Below, one piece after another: positions 18,788-27,263 of a stretch of 64,000 bases of DNA (position 1 is its first letter; each line of letters opens with the position of its first letter). Source of the DNA: Dehalococcoidia bacterium UBA2160 (lineage in GTDB: Bacteria > Chloroflexota > Dehalococcoidia > Lucifugimonadales > UBA1123); the NCBI GenBank assembly GCA_002328865.1, contig DCWO01000072.1, positions 8,458-72,457 of the forward strand, given 5' to 3'. The position numbers and the translations under genes were made by a program. Under the pieces are notes generated by a model. The model was not told where the DNA came from. It was given only the letters and a program-made list of their open reading frames with translations, and did not search any database.

Positions 18788-19516
18788 CTACCCGCCCTCC
18801 GACTGTTCGTCTCCGGCGGCGCTTTCCTCGTCCGGGGCCTCATCCGCAGGATCGTCGGCAGAGAAGGGAATGTCCGGATCGGCTGCCATTTGCGCGGCCT
18901 GCATAGCGCGAACCTGATTGTCGATCCAGCGTTTGAGGGCGTCCAGGGCCGGGGGAGCGACGTAGAAAACCTGGATGTCGGCGGCGAACTGCACGCGGTG
19001 GTCCTCGCGGACGAACAGGACTCCGACCTCACCCTCTCCCAGCGTTTCTTGAATGCGTTCGGCGATCTTCGAGTATCGTGCCTGGAGCGTGGACTGAAAA
19101 CCTTCCATCGCCATGGTCATCACTTTTTCCGAGGAAGGCCCCATGGACAAGATACGCTGCCAGTCGGTGTGCTCGTTGACCATCTCGCCATCTTCGGTCG
19201 CCACCAAGTTGGCGTCAGAGCTGGCCAGGGCTTGAATGAATCCGCACCCCATCGGGTTCATGGTCTCAATCAACGGAATGGCGGCGTCGCCTTCCTCGAA
19301 CAGCATCTCGTGGAAGACATGGTTCACCTGGCCCAGGGTGCGCTCGAGGTTGCCCACTGCGTCGCGCACCTCCGACCAGTAGCGTTGGAGCATCGTCTCG
19401 GCCTCGTCTCCCACTCCGGGCGGGAAGACGTAGTTGGGCACCAGAAACAGTTTGCGGGCGCTGCCGTAACTGTCGGCTCTGGGTTTGGGCATCTGTGAAA
19501 GCGGTTGCTGAGTCAT
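18788..19516 (-). CDS. Hypothetical protein with acidic C-terminal tail
   Basis: 242-aa ORF with coding-like composition. The antisense ORF 18572..19498 looks like a shadow ORF. I recognise no family. Confidence 0.5.
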   Translation of the reverse strand: MTQQPLSQMPKPRADSYGSARKLFLVPNYVFPPGVGDEAETMLQRYWSEVRDAVGNLERTLGQVNHVFHEMLFEEGDAAIPLIETMNPMGCGFIQALASSDANLVATEDGEMVNEHTDWQRILSMGPSSEKVMTMAMEGFQSTLQARYSKIAERIQETLGEGEVGVLFVREDHRVQFAADIQVFYVAPPALDALKRWIDNQVRAMQAAQMAADPDIPFSADDPADEAPDEESAAGDEQSEGG

Positions 19517-19604
19517 CTGCGATAGTCACTCCTGGGGTGTTCTCGCGGGGCCGTCCCGAACGTCGTTGTGGTTTATGCGGGGACGGTGGCCTTCGGGTTT
19601 GGCC

Positions 19605-21281
19605 TTACATCTGCTCTGGGGTGCTCATGCTCATGAGGTCCAGGCAATTGGCAAGCACGATCTTGGCTGCTGAGCATAGCTGTAGGCGTGCCCGGGTCAA
19701 TTCTTCTTGGCCCTCGACGTTGGATACGACACGGCACTGCTGGTAGAACGTGTGGAACGCGTAGGCCAGCTCTTGCGCATAGTGAGGCAGATGGTGAGGT
19801 TCGAGATTCTCCGCCATCATCTGCACGAGCTCGGGCAGCACGGTCATCTTGCGGACGAGGTCCAGTTCGGCTTCGTGCGTCAGCAGCGACAGATCGGCGT
19901 TCGAGTGGTCGATGCCTTGATCTTCGGCTTTCGCCAGGATTCCGGCGATGCGCGCGTGGGCGTACTGCACATAGTAGACGGGGTTGTCGCTGGATTCTCG
20001 TTTCGCGAGTTCGAGATCGAACTCCATCTGGGTTTCAGCCGCTCGCGACAGGAAGAAGAAGCGGCAAGCATCGACCCCTACCTCGTCCACGAGCTCGTCG
20101 ATGGTGATGATGTTGCCGGCGCGCTTCGAAGCCCGGACCAACTCGTCGCCGCGTTTGAAACTCACCATCTGGTAGATGATCAGGTCCAGGTTGTCCGGGT
20201 CGAAGCCGAGGGCGCGGACGGCGGTCTTCATCCGGTTGACATGTCCCTGATGGTCCGCGCCCCAGATATTGACGACACGGTCGAAACCCCGACCTTCGAA
20301 TTTTTCATGGTGGTAGGCGATGTCGGAGGCGAAGTAAGTGTGCGCTCCATTGCTCCGCACGAGCACGTTGTCCTTGTCCTCACCTAGAGCGCTGGATGCG
20401 AACCAAACGGCGCCGTCGCGCTCCTCGATGTGACCTTCGTCTTCGATGATCTTCATGACCCGATCATAGCGTCCCGAATCAAACAGGGACTGCTCGCTGA
20501 ACCACAGATCGTAGGAGACTCCGAGCCGGTCCAGGTTTACGCGGAGGGCGTCGATCATTCGCTCCACGCCGACTGCGCCGATCCGGTTCACGGCTTCCGC
20601 CGGCGGCATCGTCAGGTATGCTTCGCCGTCCGCTACGTTGATCTCCGAAGCCAGGTGTGACATGTACTCGCCCTGGTATCCGCCCTCGGGCACGGGCGCG
20701 TCTCGACCGTGAAGCTGGAGGTACCGAGCGTACAGGCTCTCGTGGAACAACTCGATCTGCGTGCCAGCGTCGTTGACGTAGTACTCGCGTTGGACGTCGT
20801 ATCCCGCGGCGTCGAGTATCTTGGCCAGCGCGCTTCCGATGACCGCTCCCCGAGCGTGTCCGACGTGAAGCGGGCCGGTCGGGTTTACGCTCACAAATTC
20901 GACCTGCACCCGGCGTCCCGCCCCGACCTCGCCGTGTCCGTAGCGGTCGCCCTGAGCGATCACAGCCGCCACCTGGTCCTGGCGCCATCCGTCGCTCATC
21001 GCAAAATTGATGAATCCCGGCCTGGCGGTCCACACTCGCTCGAATACGCCGCCGGACGGGATGTGCTCAGCGATTTTATCTGCGATAGCCAGCGGGTCCA
21101 TTCGCATCGGGCGGGCCAGCTTGAGGGGTAGGGTGCAGGAGAGGTCTCCGTGCTCAGGGTTGTTGGGCCGTTCGATGCCGGGATCTTCGACATCGGCTTC
21201 GGGCAAGCTGCCATTCACTTGCGCTTGGCGAAGACCCTGGAGGACGATCTCGGCGACGTCGTTGCGTAATTCTGTGGTCAT
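19605..21281 (-). CDS. argS: Arginine--tRNA ligase
   Basis: 558 aa. HVGHARGAVIG (HIGH-type motif), DALR anticodon-binding region, and the C-terminus ends in M as in ArgS. Confidence 0.95.
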   Translation of the reverse strand: MTTELRNDVAEIVLQGLRQAQVNGSLPEADVEDPGIERPNNPEHGDLSCTLPLKLARPMRMDPLAIADKIAEHIPSGGVFERVWTARPGFINFAMSDGWRQDQVAAVIAQGDRYGHGEVGAGRRVQVEFVSVNPTGPLHVGHARGAVIGSALAKILDAAGYDVQREYYVNDAGTQIELFHESLYARYLQLHGRDAPVPEGGYQGEYMSHLASEINVADGEAYLTMPPAEAVNRIGAVGVERMIDALRVNLDRLGVSYDLWFSEQSLFDSGRYDRVMKIIEDEGHIEERDGAVWFASSALGEDKDNVLVRSNGAHTYFASDIAYHHEKFEGRGFDRVVNIWGADHQGHVNRMKTAVRALGFDPDNLDLIIYQMVSFKRGDELVRASKRAGNIITIDELVDEVGVDACRFFFLSRAAETQMEFDLELAKRESSDNPVYYVQYAHARIAGILAKAEDQGIDHSNADLSLLTHEAELDLVRKMTVLPELVQMMAENLEPHHLPHYAQELAYAFHTFYQQCRVVSNVEGQEELTRARLQLCSAAKIVLANCLDLMSMSTPEQM

Positions 21282-21499
21282 TAGCAGAGCTGCCTATTGC
21301 TCGGGGCGATTTCTCAGTCTCATCGGTGGCTTGAGTCGGTTGCGTCACCCATTATAGCCGCCTGCGCGAATCGGATTCCAATCGGAAAGTCACGCGCGGC
21401 GATCTTCACCTCACTGGTCCTGCGCGGTCGCAACAGATGGGGTAGGATTGCCATGCACCCATGACGGGGTGCTTTCGCAGAATCGCTGGAGGATGTCCG

Positions 21500-22285
21500 A
21501 TGGTCGAACGCAAACCGCGTCTGGAAGGGAAGGTCGCAATAGTTGCCGGGGCCGGCTCCCAAGGGCAGATCATGGGCAACGGGAAGGCGACTGCGATTCT
21601 CATGGCGCGCGAAGGGGCCAGCGTGTTGCTCGTGGACGCCGTCGAAGATCGCGCAGCCGAGACGCTGGACGCGATCGCCGCCGAGGGCGGAACGGCGTCG
21701 GTGTTCGCGGGCGACGTCACCAACGCCGCCGATTGCCAGGCGATGGTCGAGCAGGCCGTCGCGAGTTATGGGCGGCTGGACATCCTGCACAACAACGTCG
21801 GCATCGGCGGAGCGGGGACCGTGCTCGAGGTCACAGAAGAGGTGTGGGACCGCGTCATGGCGGTCAACGTGAAGAGCATGATGCTGACCAGTAAGTGCGC
21901 GATACCGCACATGGTCGCGGGCGGCGGCGGAGCGATCACGAACGTCTCGTCGATATCCGCCGTGAGGCCCCGGGGCCTGACCGCATACAGCGTGTCCAAG
22001 GGCGGCGTCATCGCCCTCACGCAAGCCATGGCCATCGACCACGCGAAGGACCTGGTGAGAGTCAACTGCATCATGCCCGGTCCGGTCTACACGTCGATGG
22101 TGGCCGTCAACATGACCGAGGAGCGCCGCGACGCCCGACGTCGCGCCTCGCCCCTTCAGGTCGAAGGCACGGCGTGGGACATCGGCTGGGCCGGCGTGTA
22201 TCTGGCCAGCGACGAAGCCAGATGGGTCACCGGCGTGATCCTGCCCGTGGACGGCGGCGTCACCATCGCCAGCCCGTCAAGATGA
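21500..22285 (+). CDS. SDR family oxidoreductase
   Basis: RBS ggagga before ATG 21500. GKVAIVAGAGS, NNVG, YSVSK. Confidence 0.9.
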   Translation: MVERKPRLEGKVAIVAGAGSQGQIMGNGKATAILMAREGASVLLVDAVEDRAAETLDAIAAEGGTASVFAGDVTNAADCQAMVEQAVASYGRLDILHNNVGIGGAGTVLEVTEEVWDRVMAVNVKSMMLTSKCAIPHMVAGGGGAITNVSSISAVRPRGLTAYSVSKGGVIALTQAMAIDHAKDLVRVNCIMPGPVYTSMVAVNMTEERRDARRRASPLQVEGTAWDIGWAGVYLASDEARWVTGVILPVDGGVTIASPSR

Positions 22286-22298
22286 GTTGCTAGCAGCT

Positions 22299-23444
22299 TT
22301 AATTGGGTGAAGCGCCCCGGACGGCAGTAGCCTCGATCTCGACTAAGATGCTCGGCCTGCCCAGCGTCGGCCCGCCCACAACGGTTGACGCAGGCCGAAA
22401 CTCGCCGAGAATCTCTCGCAGTCCTCGTGCGACCGGAGCCAGATTCTCCTGGCCGACGCCGTACGAGCGGGTCCGCACCGTGTCCCGGAACGACAGCCCC
22501 TGCTGCTCGATGCCCCAGCGTATCCAAGCTAGTGTTTCGAGCGTCTGACCGTACGCGTCGAATGGCGAGCCGACCTCTTCGTCGAGTTGAACGGAGGTGG
22601 TCCCGGAGACGTACACGACATCGCCGGCCCGCACCGAACGGCTGTAGTGGTGGTCTTCTTCGTAGGGACGTCCTGAGTTCACATTGACGCGGGACTCCGC
22701 GGCGCCCACGACCGCCTCCACCTCGTTCATCTCGGCCAGCCTGCGGTCGCCGAGGCCTTGAACCGTGATGCCCGCCGATGTGGGGTGGTGCGGATGCATG
22801 ATCCGCAGCCGTTCGTCCACGGTGTTGACTCCGGCGTAGGCGACGGCGGTGTAGTGTCGTGTACTGACGATGTCAGCGGGTCGGTGGCCGACGGCCCCGA
22901 TCATTGCGATGACCTTGTTCGACACCCAACGGCTTTGGGCCGCCACGTTTCCCGGGTTGTGGATGACATCGCCTGGTTCTTGTGCAGTGACGCCGGAAAC
23001 CCAGATGTCGGCGCCCGCACGAACGGCCCCAGCGTAGCCCCAATCCTCAGCGTTCGGCACGCCGCCGACGCGCACGGCCGTAGCCGTCGAGTTCCGTATG
23101 GCCTCTGCTTCGACAACCACCTTCGCTTCGTCGGGCAGGAAATGCACCTGCGTCAAACTCATCGCCGGGCGCACGGACCCGAACGCCTCGCCGTGGGCGA
23201 GACCCAACGCGTCGTGATCCGATGGATTGGTGTAGAAGACCCGAGTACGAACGATGTCTTCCGGCGCGGCGTCGAGTTCGGCGATCACGTCTCTGATTCG
23301 TCCGGCGCCATCGCCGAATTGCTCACCGGCGGTGACCCCGGATCCCGACACGCCGGAGACGAACAACCGGTCGCCCACCAACATGGCGCCACTCGAGCCG
23401 TACGTTTCCTCGTCGATAGAGGATATCGAAATCCGTCGATTCAA
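22299..23444 (-). CDS. Triple-domain RidA/YjgF-like (Rid family) fusion protein
   Basis: 381 aa with three internal repeats of about 120-135 aa. Each has a ...VSG... core and ends in a V.VE.EA.. strand (VVVEAEAI, NEVEAVV, ILVEIEATAV). Confidence 0.7.
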   Translation of the reverse strand: MNRRISISSIDEETYGSSGAMLVGDRLFVSGVSGSGVTAGEQFGDGAGRIRDVIAELDAAPEDIVRTRVFYTNPSDHDALGLAHGEAFGSVRPAMSLTQVHFLPDEAKVVVEAEAIRNSTATAVRVGGVPNAEDWGYAGAVRAGADIWVSGVTAQEPGDVIHNPGNVAAQSRWVSNKVIAMIGAVGHRPADIVSTRHYTAVAYAGVNTVDERLRIMHPHHPTSAGITVQGLGDRRLAEMNEVEAVVGAAESRVNVNSGRPYEEDHHYSRSVRAGDVVYVSGTTSVQLDEEVGSPFDAYGQTLETLAWIRWGIEQQGLSFRDTVRTRSYGVGQENLAPVARGLREILGEFRPASTVVGGPTLGRPSILVEIEATAVRGASPN

Positions 23445-23907
23445 GCCGCCCTCCGTGGTGTAATTGGCGCATTTACGAGGTCAGTTGCTACATACAAATG
23501 TGTCGTAAATGCGACACAACAAGGACGATAGCCAACAAGGATCGTTGCATCTGCCAATCAACAATAACTGGCAGATTTCACAAGTACGGTCCTAGAATAC
23601 GTCGCATATTCTGTAGCAAGACAAGATGTTAGAAGGACGACATTGCTAACGATTCATTACACCCCAGTTTCAAGTATTCATCGCATCGTACGATCTGCGA
23701 TCGCTATCGACGTCAGGTGCGGCTAGCAAACGTAGGGGGGGGTCTGAAACCTTCCTAAAACGTTGCTTCAAACCGCACGGCAACTTGTATAATTTGCTTC
23801 GTCTTCAAACGATGAAACCCAACCGGTTACGTTCGATCGTCAAACAAACTGGTCACATTTTGGTCAAATCTGGAGGTCTATTTCCACTCAAATCCGTCAA
23901 CAAACGA

Positions 23908-23934
23908 GCGGGCGGGTTTGGCAAACCCGCCCCT
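23908..23934 (-). terminator. Rho-independent terminator candidate downstream of the enolase-family gene
   Basis: gggcgggttt / aaacccgccc 10-bp stem (23910-23919 / 23923-23932). On the minus strand it is followed by gcucguuuguug. Confidence 0.55.
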
Positions 23935-23957
23935 ACGGATTGTTAGTTCTCCGCCCG

Positions 23958-25175
23958 TCAGTCCAGCGGGCGGTCCTGGTTCGGCGAGAATACGTTTCCT
24001 TCGAACGGGTGGGCGGCTGCCATTTCTTCGTTGAGCACCACGCCCAGGCCGGGCTCGGTCGGCGGGATGATGTACCCGTCTTGCCATTGGATCGGTTTTT
24101 CGAGGATGTCGCTGTAGAACCCGCCGAAGGTCTCGATGCTCTCCTGAATCAGGAAGTTTGGACTGCATGTGTCGATCTGGATGTTGGCGGCCGCTTCGAC
24201 CGGTCCGCAATACAGGTGCGGCGCGATCTGCGCGTAATGCGCCTCGGCCATCCCCGCGATCTTCTTCGCTTCCATGATTCCGCCGACGCGTCCCAGCGCC
24301 ATTTGCAGGATGACGGCTGCCTGCTGCTCGAGCAACTCGGCGAATTCGTACTTGGTCGACAGCCGCTCGCCGGAAGCCACGGGTATGCCCGTGTGGTGGG
24401 CTACCCGGGCCATTTCGCGCCGGTTTTCCGGCGGCACCGGCTCCTCGAACCAAAGCGGGTCGAACGGCTCGATGCGCTTGGCGAGCCGGATGGCGCTTGA
24501 CGTCGTCATCTGGCCGTGCGTTCCGATGAGCAGGTCGCACTTGTCGCCAACGGCTTCGCGCACGTTCTTGACGACGAGCTCGGAGTTGGCCAGTGCTTCA
24601 AGCGAGAGTTGCCTCGGGTCGAATGCGGTCATCGGCCCGACCGGGTCGAACTTCAGGGCCGTGAAACCCATATCCACGTACTGGGCGGCCCGGATCGGGG
24701 CTTTCTCCGCGTCGCCGTGAATGTTGCCCACAATCGGGTCTCCGTCATCATATTTGGTGCCGGTTCCCACGGAGCTAGGGTAGATATATGTGTAGGAGCG
24801 GAGCTTCTCGCGAACCTGTCCGCCGAGAAGGTTGTAGACCGGTTGGTTCAGCGCCTTTCCAACGATGTCCCAGCAAGCCATCTCGATGGCGCTGAGAACG
24901 CCCAGTGTAGTCAGGTCGGGGTGCTGCGCATATCCGCTCGAATATATGATGCGCCAAAGTCGCTCGGTGTTGAACGGATCCCAGCCGACGACGTGCCGCT
25001 CGCACACGTCTTCAATTAACTGGGTCACACGAGGAGGCGAAAACGGCACGCCGTATGCCTCGCCGATGCCGTCGATATTGTTGTCCGTCGTCAACTTCAC
25101 AAATACGAAATAAGGCCCTCCGTGATGGGGGGGCGGATTGGCGACGACGTACGTCTTGAATTCTTTGATAATCAT
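23958..25175 (-). CDS. Enolase-superfamily dehydratase (mannonate/galactonate dehydratase-like)
   Basis: 405 aa with RBS ggagg. GIGEAYG, KFDP, DLLIGTHG, LWFEEP, SGERL motifs. Confidence 0.9.
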   Translation of the reverse strand: MIIKEFKTYVVANPPPHHGGPYFVFVKLTTDNNIDGIGEAYGVPFSPPRVTQLIEDVCERHVVGWDPFNTERLWRIIYSSGYAQHPDLTTLGVLSAIEMACWDIVGKALNQPVYNLLGGQVREKLRSYTYIYPSSVGTGTKYDDGDPIVGNIHGDAEKAPIRAAQYVDMGFTALKFDPVGPMTAFDPRQLSLEALANSELVVKNVREAVGDKCDLLIGTHGQMTTSSAIRLAKRIEPFDPLWFEEPVPPENRREMARVAHHTGIPVASGERLSTKYEFAELLEQQAAVILQMALGRVGGIMEAKKIAGMAEAHYAQIAPHLYCGPVEAAANIQIDTCSPNFLIQESIETFGGFYSDILEKPIQWQDGYIIPPTEPGLGVVLNEEMAAAHPFEGNVFSPNQDRPLD

Positions 25176-25301
25176 CGCAGAAAACCTCCGGTGTGGTGAC
25201 TCTAAATCGGGGTCTATTCGTTGGCGCTAAGATGATTGGCGCGCGATGCGATCTCTGGCCCCGCCTAACCGAGTATCGTGCATCGGGAGACCCTTCGACA
25301 A

Positions 25302-25665
25302 GCTTCCAAGTAACGGCTCTCCCGATGCCATCCTGAGCGAAGTCGAAGGATCTGGCTGAATGCGACAATTGCCTCCCTGTGGGGCCCCAGATGCTTCGCC
25401 TGCGGTCTCAGCATGACAGTCTGCAAAACGACCGTTACTGTCCAATGCATTGTCCGTCCCGCGGACATAACGTTGCTTCCAAGTAACGGCTCCCCATCGC
25501 CATCCTGAGCCGCAGCGAAGGAACTGGCCTGACGCGACACGTATCGGCCTGCGAGGCCCTAGATTCTTCGGCTGCGGCCTTCAGAATGGCGACATTTGGA
25601 GCGCCGTTGCTGCCCTGTGCATTGTTCGCAGTACGGACATAACGTTGCTCAGGGCGAACGGAACG
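25302..25665. repeat. Tandem repeat, 173-bp unit, about 2.1 copies; each unit carries an imperfect long hairpin
   Basis: gcttccaagtaacggctc recurs at 25302 and 25475, and ggacataacgttgc at both unit ends. Hairpin arms lie at 25329-25355/25387-25415 and 25501-25527/25559-25589. Confidence 0.85.
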
Positions 25666-25994
25666 CGGCGCTAGCCGAACCAACCGAATGCAGGGTGAAT
25701 ACGGCCTCGGACACTCGATGCAAAGAGCAAGACGAGTGGACGGGGCCCTTCAACGCTCAATCTGCCGCAAGACACCCCATTAGTGGCGACGTTTCTTCCC
25801 GTTCGTGGTGAGCCTGTCGAACCACCACGCTGCGACAACCACGGACGTGCGCCCATCGTCTGGACAGCAGGTCAAGGGCATCAAACGCATTCTACCGCAA
25901 CGCACGCGGATGTGCATCGACGGGTTTTACGCGGGATCCGAGTGCCTGACGGCCGTAAGTTGGCTATGCCAAACTGGATGAGATCAGGCAGGCG

Positions 25995-27038
25995 TCAGGC
26001 AGTCACACGAATCAGCTTCCCGGCGCCCAGGGCGTCCACTTCGTGAATCTCGCCCACGATGACATGCGTTCCCACTCCCGCGGACTCGAGTTCAGCGATC
26101 AAGCGGGGCGCATCGTCAGCGGGCAAGGAGATCAGTAGGCCGCCCGATGTCTGGGGATCGACCAGGAGGTCGGCGGCGGTGTCAGACAGGCTGGGGGCCC
26201 AGTCGATCAACGCCTCGACGGCATGGAGGTTGCGGGCGCCGCCTCCTGTTAGGACGCCTTCGCTCGCCAGCTCGACTGCGCCGGGCAACAGCGGGATGGC
26301 GCCGAAGTAGACGACCGCGGACACGTGGCTCGCGTCCAGCATCCCTCGCAAGTGGCCCAACAGCCCGAATCCGGTGACGTCGACGCAGGCGTTGACTCCG
26401 ACTTTGACCATGGCCTCGGAAGCCGCGGCGTTCAACTCGGCCATCACCGCGATCGCGTTCGACAAGACTTCGGCGTCGACCACCTGATCACGGCCCGCGG
26501 TGGTGATTATTCCGGTGCCAATGGGTTTCGTAAGAACCAGCGCGTCGCCAGGTTGTGCGCCGGCGTTGGTGACTTGCTCACCCGGTTTGACGACTCCGGT
26601 GACGGCCAGGCCGTACTTCGGCTCTCTGTCGTCGACTGTGTGTCCTCCTGCGATCAGGACGCCAGCCTCCTTCGCCTTAGCGGCTCCGCCTTTGAGGACG
26701 TTGGCGAGGATGTCTTTGGGGAGCTCGACTGGGAAGCCGACGATGTTGAGCGCGATGACCGGCTTGGCGCCCATCGCGTAGACATCGCTCAGAGCGTTGG
26801 CGACAGCGATCTCTCCGAAGGCGGTTGGATCGTCGACGATGGGCGGGAAAAAGTCGACCGTCTGCACCAGAGCCAAGTCGTCGTTCAACCTGTACACGGC
26901 GGCGTCGTCGCCTGTGCTTATGCCGACCAAGAGGTTGGGATCGGTGACTGCCGGTAGCTGGCGCAGAACCTGCGCTAGGTCCTCAGGACTAAATTTGGCC
27001 GCTCAACCGGCGCAGGACGCGAGGCTAGTGAGCCTCAC
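25995..27038 (-). CDS. selD: Selenide, water dikinase (selenophosphate synthetase), Sec-containing: in-frame TGA at 27005..27003
   Basis: The track ORF (25995..26930) starts at a TTG. The same frame continues upstream as [53 protein letters not shown]. The full length is 347 aa. Codons were checked one by one from 27038 to 26928. Confidence 0.9.
26958..26978 (-). promoter_or_regulatory. SECIS-like hairpin downstream of the selD UGA
   Basis: mRNA CUAGCGCAG-GUU-CUGCGCCAG, a 9-bp stem with one mismatch. It starts 25 nt after the UGA and has a G/U-containing apex. Confidence 0.5.
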
Positions 27039-27263
27039 GTGGTCATGAATCTCTGTCAAAATCTATCGCTCCGGATTATTCGCATCCAATGCGCACGCCG
27101 TTTGCAGTTGTCAGAAGGGGACTGGTGTCGTGTCATGGCGTTCACTCGCATCCACGCCCGACAGTCGGACCGCAACACCCCAGGCTGCGACATCTGCGTC
27201 GGGCGCCGACCGCGCCGGTCCATCTCTCCTCTTCACGCCAAAACGATGCAGGACCTCAGTATA

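Noticed and set aside
23812-23949. 45-codon basic ORF in the AT-rich spacer
   Set aside because: It has no RBS, its 3' part overlaps the terminator hairpin and the neighbouring gene's end, and I recognise no similarity. It is kept only as a note inside the spacer finding.
25302-25665. Possible CRISPR array
   Set aside because: The repeat unit is 173 bp with only about 2 copies and no short conserved repeat/unique spacer alternation. No cas genes are present in the window.
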